DNA of 64,000 nt, from assembly GCF_016433145.1 (NCBI RefSeq), contig NC_058133.1, forward strand, positions 233,411,473 to 233,475,472. The letters are read 5' to 3'. The position numbers and the translations under genes are program-made. A model generated the notes under the pieces. That model did not search any database. It had not been told where the DNA came from and saw nothing but the letters and a program-made list of their open reading frames with translations. Position 1 is the stretch's first letter. The number at the start of each line of letters is the position of its first letter. The stretch is from Gracilinanus agilis. Lineage: Eukaryota. Below are positions 51,620 through 64,000 of the stretch, piece by piece.

Positions 51620-52750
51620 GTAACTTCAAACGCCTGTCACAGCTGCGAACGAAGGAGACTAGCAGGAAATGCGTCACGTGCTATGCGGTAGTACCTCGGG
51701 AGGGAAGAAGTCCAGGAGGACACTGGCGTAGAAATCACGTGCTCTGCGGCAAGGAGCAGGAAGGGGAGGGGTGGAGGAAGGGAGGAAGAGGAGGAGGTGG
51801 AGGAAGAGAGAGACTCTGGTGACAAACAGGGAGAACGGAAGCGGGTGCAGACTCGAGTCACTGACCGGAACCTGGGAGACTCCGCCTCTTAAAGAAAACC
51901 GGATGCCTTGACGTCGGAAGAGAAGCATTCGCATGCCGCGGCGCCTTTAAGACTCGCCGCTGACACGTGTTTGAAGCGCTGTGGAACCCCGGATGGTGCG
52001 TGTGAGGCCCCGCGAGCTGTTGGAGCGCGCCGCACCGGTTCTGACGGACTGACAGACCCCCTCTGGGTAGGTTAGGGGCGCGGGGAGTTGCGGGTGGAAC
52101 GAGGACGACGGTTAGCTGCGGCTACAAAAGACGGTTGGGGGCCCGCTGCGGCGGGAGTGGTAGCTGCTACGGTGTGGAGCCACGGCCGTGGGCTCTTTCC
52201 TCCAGAGTCCGGCGCCGGGGGTCGAGTCAGCGTAACTTCCGTCGTTAATAAGCGGGTGGGTGGCGGCGGTGGAGAGAGAGAGTTACCTCCATTCCGGGGC
52301 TGGGCCCTCGTTCCTTTACCAGGCTGAGGAAGCCGGCGCAGCTGGTGCCGGGTTTGAAGTTGAGGTGGGCGCCGAAGATGCTGCGCGCTGTCCCCATATG
52401 GGTTGACCGGAGATGGAGGGGGAGGGTGAACCAGGCCTCCTTCGCAGGTTCTTGGAGTTCGTGGCGCACACTCATCCCGGGTGGTTCCAGGAATCGGCGT
52501 GTACGGGTCTTTGGTAGAATATGTTCTAGGGGACATTGACAGTGGGCTGCGCCCAATGTCTTCTTTTCCCCTCCATCCCCCCCCCATCCCCCTCCGCCTC
52601 GTCCGCCTAGTGCCTGAGGGTAGGATGCTTGAGACGGACCTAATGGCCCTGTGCTCCCATGATGGGGGAGGGGAGTGTTTTTTCGGTCACGACTTGAGGT
52701 TCCATAAAAGGCTCCACTAGATGCCTTGGTGGAGTGCCGCTGCTGTCCGC
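51620..52750 (+). promoter_or_regulatory. USP36: USP36 CpG-island promoter
   Basis: The only CpG-dense region over 1 kb in the window. CACGTG at 51675, 51736 and 51964. TGACGTC plus CGGAAG (CRE/ETS) at 51909-51920. Further ETS-like CCGGA sites. Lies upstream of the USP36 ATG exon. Confidence 0.85.
51930..52066 (+). other. USP36: Putative non-coding exon 1 of USP36 (start site approximate)
   Basis: Donor TGG|GTAGGT at 52067 lies just downstream of the ETS/CRE/E-box cluster. Confidence 0.45.
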
Positions 52751-53856
52751 CAGTGAGTTTTATGGAGTGCCCATGTTTTTGACAAGTCAGATGCTGGGTT
52801 CTTAATGGTCACATTTCCTCCTTCCTTCTCGGTTCTTGCTTCGTTTGCTCTTAGTACTGTTCTATAGGGACCCAGGCCAGAAACTCTTGTTGCCCAGATT
52901 CCCTCCATACTTAAAGAAAAGTGCTAAAATCGAGATTCTGGGGATGCTGAGATGATAGAGATCTTACCTTCCTTGTAGTCTGGTAAAGATAGCAAGACAA
53001 AAAGCCTGTTTTGGGTACTTAGCAAGATCTGTGCCTATAGGAACAACAGTTATGGGATCAAAGTCCAGGGATTTTTTGTTTATTTATTTGACTTTGTTTC
53101 TGGGAGATGACTTTGGGCAGTTAAAGGGGAAGAAAGTTTCCAGGTTAATGTGCTTTTGCAGGGGAACCGTGAGGAGAATTCTCTCTTTCCAAACAGGCAT
53201 TTTGAGGGAAGGGATCGGTAAGTATTAAGTGGTGGGCACTATGTGCTAGGTACTTTCATTAATATTTCTCGTTTGATTTAAGAAAATGATTTTCTCTGGG
53301 AAAGTAACCTACCTCCTCAAAGTAAACATTTATATCTCTTGTGTTTTTCCTGGTATATAAGTGCAGTATTCAGCTATTTTTAGAATGAGGTAGATTGCTT
53401 TTACTTGCCAGAGTAGTTTCCCAAAGCATGCCAGGTAGCAGACTAATATAAAATTAAGATCTAAGCAGTCTTGATGGATGAATGTCTTCAGAGAGAGGGA
53501 GTCTTGACTTACCCTAGTCCCTGTTCAGAGACTAGGAAAAAAGGCAGAGTTCCACATTTTTTTAAAGCTAGCCCTGGATGAGGTTTGTGCTTTTTCCATA
53601 TTCTTATCCTTCCTCCCCCTTGACTGCATGTAGCAGGTGGGAATATTTGATACAGGACAGTTGGGAAAGACCAAGCTTTGAGCATTTAGTGCACTTCTCT
53701 GAATACCCTGTAGAGTAATGTAGTCTTGAATAGAGAATTATTTTGTGTTTAAGTGGTGAATATTTTGAGTTTATCATTGGTTACTTAGTATCATTGAGTT
53801 TTTCCTTTTTGATATTTTATGCTTTAGTGATAAGTGACATCTAGTATAGGATAAAG

Positions 53857-54067
53857 CAGGGGTCAGCAATGTAAGGCTCTCCAGCCATATCTGGCTCTTT
53901 TGAGGGCCAGATATGGCTCTTTCTGCAGGAGCCATAAAGTCAATTTTTTTCCAGGCGCTGTTACAGGAGCGCGCACTGTGAGCACTGTACATTTTAAAAT
54001 GTAAAATTACATTTTAAAAAATGTGGTGTTTATGGATCTCAACGGCCAAAAAGGTTGCTGACCCCTG
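53857..54067. mobile_element. hAT-Charlie-type MITE, 211 bp
   Basis: Perfect 13-bp TIRs CAGGGGTCAGCAA and TTGCTGACCCCTG. Perfect 8-bp TSD GGATAAAG at 53849-53856 and 54068-54075. Internal 13-bp stem at about 53883-53918. Confidence 0.95.
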
Positions 54068-54108
54068 GGATAAAGGATAATTTAAAAACAGGATTCTTAT
54101 ATGTATAC

Positions 54109-55707
<1,599 letters not shown>

Positions 55708-56462
55708 ATGTATACTTTTTTAAAACAGCCCTGATTTGGCTTTGTAGTTTTCAGAGGGTAGTCATTTGTTGGTTAGTTCCTAAAGCTTCTACTCAAGTTT
55801 GTGAAATTAATATTGAAGTTGGATCATTTTCTCAGTTAAGGCTTTTATATCCTATGTTTCCAAACCAAGGGAAAACCTAGTTCTGTATTCTTATAGTAAA
55901 GGGTCATATAGGTTTATTTTTAAATCTAGAACTCAAGTACTTTCCAAAGTAGTGTGGATCAAATGAGATAATGTAAAATGGATTAACAAATTTTAAGAGA
56001 CCACAGTAAGTCTCAGCAGTTATTATCTTCTGATATCCCTTGTATCTTCAAGGTACTCATTAATTGCAAGGACACGTTTGTTAATGTATCAGTTAACTCT
56101 TAGTTTTTTCAAGTGAGATTGATCAAAGATATGGGTGGACGGATTGCCTTTTCTGTAGATCATTTTCATTTGGGACAGCCTTCTCTGGGACAAAGATTGT
56201 AATGACCATGGCAAGAATTTGTATTTTTGTATCCTTAATGTTCATAGTTCATCTTCCCAAATTAATCTAAACAGTTGCTCTCTGTATTACTCTTTTGCTT
56301 TCATGACTAATTATACATAGCAAATGGTCTGTAACTGTGGTTGGTAGTGGAAAGTTACTGCCAGAAAGAGTAGGGACAATGAAAGTTGATAATTTTCTTA
56401 CTATGTCTTGGTTCTTCACACTGTAGATTCTGATAGTTGATAATGTTCTGTTCACTTTGCAG

Positions 56463-56600
56463 TTTTGCTGACTTAAAAGGAAAAGGAAGAAGAGCTCTCT
56501 AATTAAAAGACAGAGGACAATATTTGGCTTGCTGGAATAGTCCTCTTCATAAATTGATCAGATGCTGCTGCAGCAGCTGGTCTAAATCCTGATATCCTAG
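56463..56600 (+). other. USP36: Putative non-coding 5'UTR exon of USP36
   Basis: Acceptor TTCACTTTGCAG at 56461-56462 and a consensus donor TAG|GTGAGT at 56601. 138 nt of unique sequence. Confidence 0.65.
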
Positions 56601-57715
56601 GTGAGTCTGCAAAAGTTTCTGCATGTTCTGTCATTGTTTCAACTTTTTTGCATGTGACCCTGCACTGAGTGAGTGCTTTTGAAGACTTCCCTCTAGAACA
56701 GATATCTTATTTTCAGCAAAAACAGAGTACTCAGGCATAATAAGTTTTAAATATATGTCTGAACATGTGTATAGCACATGTGTGCACACATACACACCTA
56801 CATAGATATAATGTTTATATGGTGTGTTCTAAAAGTTTTAATGCAGTTTTAATTTACTAAAATTCCACATACTTTTAAGACATTGTGGGAAAGGAAATCC
56901 GTATAAAAATAGATCATCCATATGGCTATATCCTAGCTTGACCTTGAAGTGGAATTGAATCAGAGGGTATTTGTGATAATCAAGCAGATTCCTGAGTAGA
57001 GTTCAAAAGAATTTCCACGAATGGATTTAATTCAATTTTTTCTGAGTGTAATTCAGGAAGTTCTTGAATCCTAATTAGTATACTCCATTACAAGTGACAA
57101 AGTTAGTAGTTGTTAATCAGTTCCCCCTGGCCAGGGTAAAGAAAAGAGACGAGATAGAAAAGTAGTACCATGTATGTAACATCTCTAGAATTTATTTGTA
57201 TCTGAATTTATTTTGTAAGTTACTATTTGACAAGATTTGGGGATAAATTTTAAATTTGTTGTACCCCAGGTGCCAGTTCTATTGAAGCTCTTCCCTTATC
57301 CCCACTTTTTTTTTATAGGGTAGTGGTAAATAACTTTATGAACAAACAAATACCTTTCTGTTTCAGGTTAACCATTTTCTTTCCAGAGATCACTCATCTT
57401 CTTTGTGTTCCTTATAGCTTAATTTTTCCATATTCTGAGACTATTGGAGGATTGTGTAATATTCACTTAGAAATCTGTTTTCATTGATTTGGTTAATTTT
57501 CTTTCCTACAATTATTGGGCTCCAATTAATTTGTTACTCTAGTTTGCCTTTCTTTTGTGAGGATGATAATTTATGGTCTTAGGTAGCTTATTCAAATAGT
57601 TCCTTAGAGATCTGTAAAGATCATTGAGAAAAATTTAAAGGAAATGACTTCCAGGCATTGTTTGTTTACTTTTATTATTACTCTGTCTCAATCATTTTAC
57701 TTTCAGTGATGCACG

Positions 57716-57968
57716 ATGCCAATTGTTGATAAGCTAAAGGAAGCTCTGAAACCTGGTCGGAAGGATTCAACAGATGATGGCGATCTGGGGAAGCTCTTGG
57801 CTTCTTCTGCCAAAAAAGTCCTCCTACAGAAGATAGAATTTGAGCCTGCAAGCAAGAGCTTCTCTTACCAATTAGAGTCCTTAAAGAGCAAATATGTGCT
57901 GCTGAACCCCAGAATAGAAAGTATTGGTCGCCACAAGAGTTGTGATGAGGCACAGATCAGGAGACAGG
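57716..57968 (+). CDS. USP36: Ubiquitin carboxyl-terminal hydrolase 36, first coding exon (MPIVDKLKEALKPGRKD...)
   Basis: Acceptor at 57705-57706, ATG at 57716, donor GTAAAT at 57969. 253 coding nt. Recognisable USP36 N-terminus. Confidence 0.97.
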
Positions 57969-58148
57969 GTAAATAATATATATTTGGAAACAGAGTATAG
58001 GCCAAAGAGTGATGGATTTAGATGTTTATATGTAGGTGGGTTTTTTGAGTTGCTTTTTTTGTAGTCTGAATAAGATACTTTGTTTCAGAGAATTCTCTTG
58101 TTACTTATGTATATCAATCACTTCCTCTTCTTACCTTTGCTTTTTCAG

Positions 58149-58370
58149 GCAGTGATCATGTGTTTGAAAGCTGTAGTGATGGTGTTCCAGCCCCACAGAA
58201 AGTTCTCTTCCCTATGGATCGACTATCTTTGAAGTGGGAGCGCATTTACCGAGTTGGAGCAGGTCTCCATAATTTAGGCAACACCTGTTTCTTGAACTCC
58301 ACCATACAGTGTTTGACCTACACACCCCCTCTAGCTAATTACTTGCTTTCTAAGGAACATACTCGGAACT
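58149..58370 (+). CDS. USP36: USP36 coding exon 2 with Cys box ([20 protein letters not shown])
   Basis: AG at 58147-58148 and GTAAGT at 58371. 222 nt. Catalytic Cys codon at 58286-58288 is codon 131. Confidence 0.98.
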
Positions 58371-58509
58371 GTAAGTATAATTTTGAGTCATAAAAAATGA
58401 CTTTTTAAAAAATTTGGTAATGAAGCTACATTGAGGTCATAAGTTTGTGATTATGTGTTGATTTTTTGCAGTGTGGCAGTGATTCATCTGGCCAGAATAA
58501 GTATTTAGA

Positions 58510-59210
58510 TTAACCAGAATTTATTGTGTCTGTTTTGCCCTACTTGGATATCCTCGCTTTATATCAGTATCTCCAATCATTGAAAATAATCCAAACCTTA
58601 TTAACCCTCTTCTGGGACTAGCCTTAGGAAGCATTTTCACAGGATTCCTTCTAACAATAAACATTCCTCCAACATCACGAATCACCATAACAATACCCAC
58701 CAAAACCAAACTATCAGCCCTTAACCTCACACTACTAAGGCTTTCTAGTCAGCATAGAACTCAACTCACTAATAAACTCAAACACAATAAACCATACTAT
58801 CAACTTCTCAAGCATTAGGTTACTTCATTCATATTATACTTCGAGCTTCACCTTTAATAAATTTATTTATAGGCCAACTAATTGTTACCATACCAATTGA
58901 TCTAAACTGATATGAAAAAATAAGACCTAAAGGTCAAACCAACATACATTCTACGTCATCCTCATTAGTTACTTCTACTCAAAAAGATGTAATCAAAATA
59001 TATTTCTATCCTTTATAATTTCAATTATTCTTATTTTAATATTCAATCTATGCCCACGAACAACCTCTAAAACAATATAAAGAGTAATAAATAAAATTCA
59101 CCCTAACTTTACCCCAACTTCCCCAGATATCTTCCCCAGAATTATCACACTAATTCTATTAATAGAGCAAATAATAATATACTAAAAGCCACAATTTTTC
59201 CAATTGATAA
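58510..59210 (+). pseudogene. NUMT: mitochondrial ND5 3' end (+) and ND6 3' part (-)
   Basis: With the mitochondrial code, + reads [36 protein letters not shown] and STQK..IK.YF. The minus strand reads LGWILFITLYIVLEVVRGH. The sequence has multiple indels. Confidence 0.92.
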
Positions 59211-59337
59211 GTAACTTTTATTTTGTAAAGTCTGGAAAATCTTTAGCAAAGCAAATTAAATCTTTTTGTTTGTACTTTCTTTGCTCATATACTTGTTCTA
59301 TCTGAGAATGACTGTTCATTTGAAAATAAGTTGATGA

Positions 59338-59536
59338 GGGGGCAGCTGGGTAGCTCAGTGGATTGAGAGTCAGGCCTAGAGACGGGAGGTCCTAGGTTCA
59401 AATCCAGCCTCAGACATTTCCCAGCTGTGTGACCCTGGGCAAGTCATTTGACCCCCATTGCCCACCCTTACCGCTCTTCCACCTATAAGCCAATAGACAG
59501 AAGGTAAGGGTTAAAAAAAAGAAAGAAAGAAAGAAA
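59338..59536 (+). mobile_element. SINE1_Mdo-like SINE
   Basis: TSD GAAAATAAGT(T/C)GATGA at 59322-59337 and 59537-59552. (GAAA)n tail. Confidence 0.9.
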
Positions 59537-59944
59537 GAAAATAAGTCGATGACATTAGGAATATGCTTAGAGGATTAACTCATACAATGTTTTAGGGTAA
59601 ATTGAATTTTTTTCACCTCAAGTTCAGTAACTGAGAAAAAGAGTTGTGCTTTTTTTTTTTTTAAAGTTGACCTCTTTGGTTTATGTTTGTGCTCTGTTAA
59701 TAGGAGTTTGAGATGCTGGTCTAAGTAGGTTAAAAATATTGAGGGCAGTCTTTGTTGTAGACCTTATGTTCCATGTCATATGGTCCAGAGTTAGTAGAAA
59801 GGATGAATAAACAGTAGGTAGCGTATGGCACCTACGTAGCTGCTCAAAAATAAGGGGTTTACTGAAAACTATGAAGTTTCTTTCATTGTGAATGGTAATC
59901 ACTGAGTTCTGATCTGTTATAATTCATTGGTTAAATAAAGTGAA

Positions 59945-60650
59945 ATTAAGAGATACTGAGTCTCAAATTCCCTCCCTATATAGCCCCTCCCTCACCAATT
60001 TAGAAGGCAAATAATATGACACTTGTGATATCCGTCAGGTCATAAAAAACATTTCTATATTAGCTGTGTTGCAAACCCCCTCCCCCCCAAAAAAGTAAGA
60101 AAAATATAGAAAGTGAAAAACAATATACTTCAATTCATACTCAAGTGAGTTCATCAGTTCTCTCTCCAGAAATGGAGAGCATTTTTCATCCTGAGTCTTT
60201 TGGAAATGCATTGATCAGAGTAGTTAAATCTGTTACTGTATAGTGTTTTCCTGGTTCTGCTTACTTCATTTTGTATCAGTTCATAGGAATTTTCCCAGGT
60301 TTTTTCTGCAACCATCCCTCTCATCATTTCTTATAGAACAATAGTTTTCCATCATAATCATATATGATAATCTGTTCCATCATTCTCCAGTTGATGGTTA
60401 TCTCCTTAATTTCCAATTCTTTACCACCACAAAAAGAACTGCTATAAATATTTTTGAATATATAGGCCCTTTTCCTTTTTCTTTGATCTCTTTGGGATAC
60501 AGAATTAGCCATGGTATTGCTGGACATATGCACAGTTTTATAGCCCTTTGAACATAGTTTAGAATTGATCTCCAGAGCAGTTGGACCAATTCACAACTCT
60601 CTCAACAGTGCATTAGTATACTTATTTTTTCACATCCCTTCTAGTAAGAA
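59945..60650 (-). mobile_element. Marsupial L1 3' end, reverse orientation
   Basis: Resembles the 29575-30300 element (…ACCACAAAAAGA.CTGCTATAAATATTTT…). Boundaries approximate. Confidence 0.7.
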
Positions 60651-60969
60651 CAAATATTTTTCTAAGCTTAATTTTGAAAATGCCTTTAGAAACTTGTTAA
60701 ATTAAAAGAACAAAAAAGCAAGCAATGAACTTTAAAAAGATGATGCGGTGTTTTCTAGAATCAAGATTTTCCATGATCTCTAAAGGCTGTTTAGCACAAA
60801 AAAGGTTTCTTCGATGATGATCTTTGATTCTATGCTTATAGTAATCTTAGTCATCCATGTTCTTTTTGATGTTCCAATTGTTATCAGTTCACTCTTTTGT
60901 CATTTGTCCCATTACCATTGTAGTTGGAGACTAGTCAGAAATCTCTTTTTCTCTCTTTTTTATCTGCAG

Positions 60970-61080
60970 GTCACCAAGGAGGTTTTTGTATGCTGTGTGT
61001 TATGCAGAATCACATGATCCAGGCCTTTGCCAATAGTGGCAATGCTATCAAGCCAGTCTCCTTTATCCGAGACCTGAAAA
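60970..61080 (+). CDS. USP36: USP36 coding exon 3 (HQGGFCMLCVMQNHMIQAFANSGNAIKPVSFIRDLK)
   Basis: AG at 60968-60969 and GTAAGA at 61081. 111 nt, in phase. Confidence 0.97.
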
Positions 61081-61971
61081 GTAAGAATCAAGTGATATTA
61101 CCAAACATTTATTTAGATCCAATTGCCTAGAACTTTGCTGGGTAGTATAGGGAATGTGTAAGATATATTAAAAATAGGAACTATCCTCAGGAAACAAGTT
61201 CTTGTTGGGGAAACAAGATTTATACATATCAAACAATAAGAAAAAATATAAGGCCATATATAAAGTGCTACATTTTGAGACATAGTAAATTGCAAATGAT
61301 TCACAGATGGAAGAGGCTATTAAAGCTTAGAGTCACTGCGGAAGAAGACCTAATGAGTCATAATGTATGAACTCAAAGGTTCCTGAAAGATTATCTAGTC
61401 AAGTTCCTTTATTTTGCAGGTGAGGGAACTCAGACCCAGAGGGGTAAAATTACTTCCTCAAGGTCATAGAACTAGTTAAGTAGCAGGACTGTAATCTAGG
61501 ATTTAAATCTCTTGACTCTTTTCTCTTCCAGTGTTCTTCCCATTACACTATGATGCTGTCTTCTCTTTTATTAGGAACAGTAGCATGGGACAATGTGAAT
61601 TAGGTGTCAACCGACTTAATCTTTAGCTATGTTGTATCATTGCTGCATACTAAATAACCCTCTACCTTTGCCAGAAGCAATGGACAGGTTGGTTTTTAGA
61701 ACAAATTGCAATGGTATTGAATAATTGCTTTTTTACTTTGTACTGACTTGTGAAGATTAAGTTAGTGAACTAAATATATATTCTTAGTTCCTGGTTAGTT
61801 TTATGGGTTATCTGCTTTTCTCTGATATATTAAGAATTAGCCCCTATGTACTTTGTACTTTGAGTTATTAAGGAATATTGAGGAAAACAGGGAATAAAGT
61901 TAATTGTTTAAAGAAGTAAAATTTCAAACTCTTCCCTTCTAGACTGATTTTTTTTCCTTTTCTATCCACAG

Positions 61972-62074
61972 AAATTGCTAGGCACTTCCGCTTTGGAAAC
62001 CAGGAAGATGCACATGAATTTCTTCGGTACATTATTGATGCTATGCAAAAGGCCTGCTTGAATGGCTATACAAA
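61972..62074 (+). CDS. USP36: USP36 coding exon 4 ([34 protein letters not shown]; QEDAHEFL box)
   Basis: AG at 61970-61971 and GTATGT at 62075. 103 nt. The gene continues beyond the window. Confidence 0.97.
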
Positions 62075-62149
62075 GTATGTACTTGGTTTCTTCACTTTGG
62101 AGTTGAGAATTGGAAGCTAATTTCTCTCTACTTCAGCCACAAGTAGAGA

Positions 62150-63340
62150 TGGTTTTTCACTGTACCTGGGATTTTACTCTTACTCATTTCTTACATTAAG
62201 ATCTCTGACATTCCTCTCTCCAACCATAATTTTTAATCATTCTATTTCTCCCTAAGCTTCATCAACCATATTGCTTAATATGAAATTGCTCCCTGCAAAG
62301 TTACTGTGGTCTCTTTAATCACTAATTCTAATGGCTTTTATATAATCTTTTCTCTCTAGGTTTTTGTAATATTGCTGATGTCTTTTATCTTAGTCTCATC
62401 CATATCACTCATCAGCTTCCAGTAAAATGTTATCTTTATGCAGATCTCTGAATCTAGCTCCAGTCTTTCCTGAGCTTCAGTCACATTTCAAATTGGCTGT
62501 CCCAGAGACATCTTAAATTTAACATGTTGAAAACTGAACTCATCTTTTCCCCTAAACCCACCTTTCTTCCAAACTTCTCTGCACAAGCACCAAAATCTTC
62601 CAATATTCTAGATTCATAACTTTGGTGTTATCTTTAACTCCTCACCCCAATTATCAATGGCCAAATCTAGAAGTTTTCTATTTCTACATCATTTCTCATT
62701 CAGCTCCTCTACTCACACAGCTGTCTTTATTCAGGCCCTGCATTATTGTTTGCAGTAGTTACAGTAGCCTCCTAATTGGTCTTTCTTCCTGAAGTTTCTG
62801 TGCACTCTGATTTGTCTTCTATGTAGTGCCAAAGTGATTTTCCTTAGGGATTTGACTACGTCACTCCCTTAGTAAATTCTGGTGACTTTCTATTTACTTC
62901 TAGAATCAGATATAAACTCCTGTTTGGCTTTAAAACTTTTCAACAGCTTGGCCCCATCCTGTCTTTCCTGGTTCATTATATGTCACTCCCCCTCTTCCAC
63001 TCTGTGATCTGGTCATACTGCCCTTCTTTCTAGTCTTCATACATCATAGTCCAATTTCTGCCTCATAAAGTTCTTTTCCTTCAGTTATAGATCCTTCAAA
63101 TATAGCTTAAGCAACACTACCTACATGTAGCTTTTCCTGATCTCAACTGCTAGTGCCTTCATTCTGAAACTACCTTGTATTTAACTTTTTACAATTTGTA
63201 TTTCATTCTCTTTATTTTTTATATACTCATATGTCTTTATCATCCCCACTAGAATGTAAGTTCTTTGGGAATAGAGATTTCATTTATCGTATTTGTGTCT
63301 GACACAGAGTAGGCACTAAACAAATGCTTGTTGATTGATT
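62150..63340 (+). mobile_element. Degraded L2 LINE 3' region
   Basis: Pyrimidine-rich L2 body ending in ...GAGTAGGCACTAAACAAATGCTTGTTGATTGATT. Confidence 0.65.
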
Positions 63341-63786
63341 ATTTTGAAGGGAACATACATTTATGGCAATCAAAAAGATATTTTTGCATTCATTACCTTT
63401 ATAAACTACGTAGATTATTTTATATTTCTCAGACTGAAGCCTGAATATACTTCAAAGAAAGGCACATGTATAGCTTTTTTTGGAATAGCATTTAGTTCAT
63501 GCAAAAAAAATTAGGAATGGTTTTTATGAAGTTTTCCAGATTGAAGGAAATTTATCTCAGCAGCCTGATTGAGAGAGAAAGCTTTAGCACATGATATTGT
63601 TTTGAAATCTAAATCTAGGCTGTGTGACTCTGGGCAGGTCACTTTATCCCCATTGCCTAACCCTTAACCATTCTTCTGCTTTGGAAGTATCCAAGTATCT
63701 AATATGGAAGGGAAGAGTTTAAAAAAGAAAAGAAATCCACATCTGTTGTCAATTATTTTTCCTACCTTGTCTGCCACTTATCAGCT

Positions 63787-63935
63787 NNNNNNNNNNNNNN
63801 NNNNNNNNNNNNNNNNNNNNNNNNNNNNNNNNNNNNNNNNNNNNNNNNNNNNNNNNNNNNNNNNNNNNNNNNNNNNNNNNNNNNNNNNNNNNNNNNNNNN
63901 NNNNNNNNNNNNNNNNNNNNNNNNNNNNNNNNNNN
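63787..63935. other. Assembly gap, 149 N
   Basis: Run of N. Confidence 1.
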
Positions 63936-64000
63936 AAGAGACTTAAGTGAAAGAACTTCATACATACAAAAAATTGGGGCAAATCTGACATTCAAATGAG

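Noticed and set aside
51538-52720. Overlapping GC-rich ORFs, including 52072-52587 (171 aa)
   Set aside because: Typical stop-poor frames of a CpG island, low complexity, no homology.
60810-60930. Possible intronic C/D-box snoRNA (ATGATGA at about 60814)
   Set aside because: No D box (CTGA) or terminal stem at a suitable distance.
63704-63995. ORFs spanning the N run
   Set aside because: Artefacts of the assembly gap.

Overview
This is eukaryotic genomic DNA, almost certainly from a marsupial. It carries SINE1_Mdo-like and Mar1-like SINEs, AT-rich marsupial-type mtDNA and an N gap; Monodelphis domestica is the most likely source, by inference. Two protein-coding genes lie on the + strand in the same order and orientation as human 17q25.3. 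TIMP2 has coding exons 2-5 at 6074-6174, 17196-17304, 35151-35275 and 38129-38326, plus a 3'UTR of about 2.8 kb ending near 41.1 kb; exon 1 is upstream of the window. The 5' part of USP36 has a CpG-island promoter at about 51.6-52.7 kb, probable non-coding exons, and coding exons at 57716-57968, 58149-58370, 60970-61080 and 61972-62074, continuing past the window. The USP36 5' introns contain a hAT MITE with a perfect 8-bp TSD, an antisense 5'-truncated PABPC4 retrocopy with a 15-bp TSD, and an ND5/ND6 NUMT. The TIMP2 introns contain a CpG-rich ERV2-like solo LTR, other solo LTRs, a second hAT MITE, an extended CTCF motif and an unassigned coding-like segment at about 24.4-25.06 kb. I found no clear novel multi-gene system. 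The best leads are the PABPC4 antisense retrocopy, the USP36 uORF-rich leader, the NUMT, the TIMP2 3'UTR features and the unassigned segment. Boundaries of old repeats are approximate. Comparisons with human or other orthologs come from memory and need alignment.
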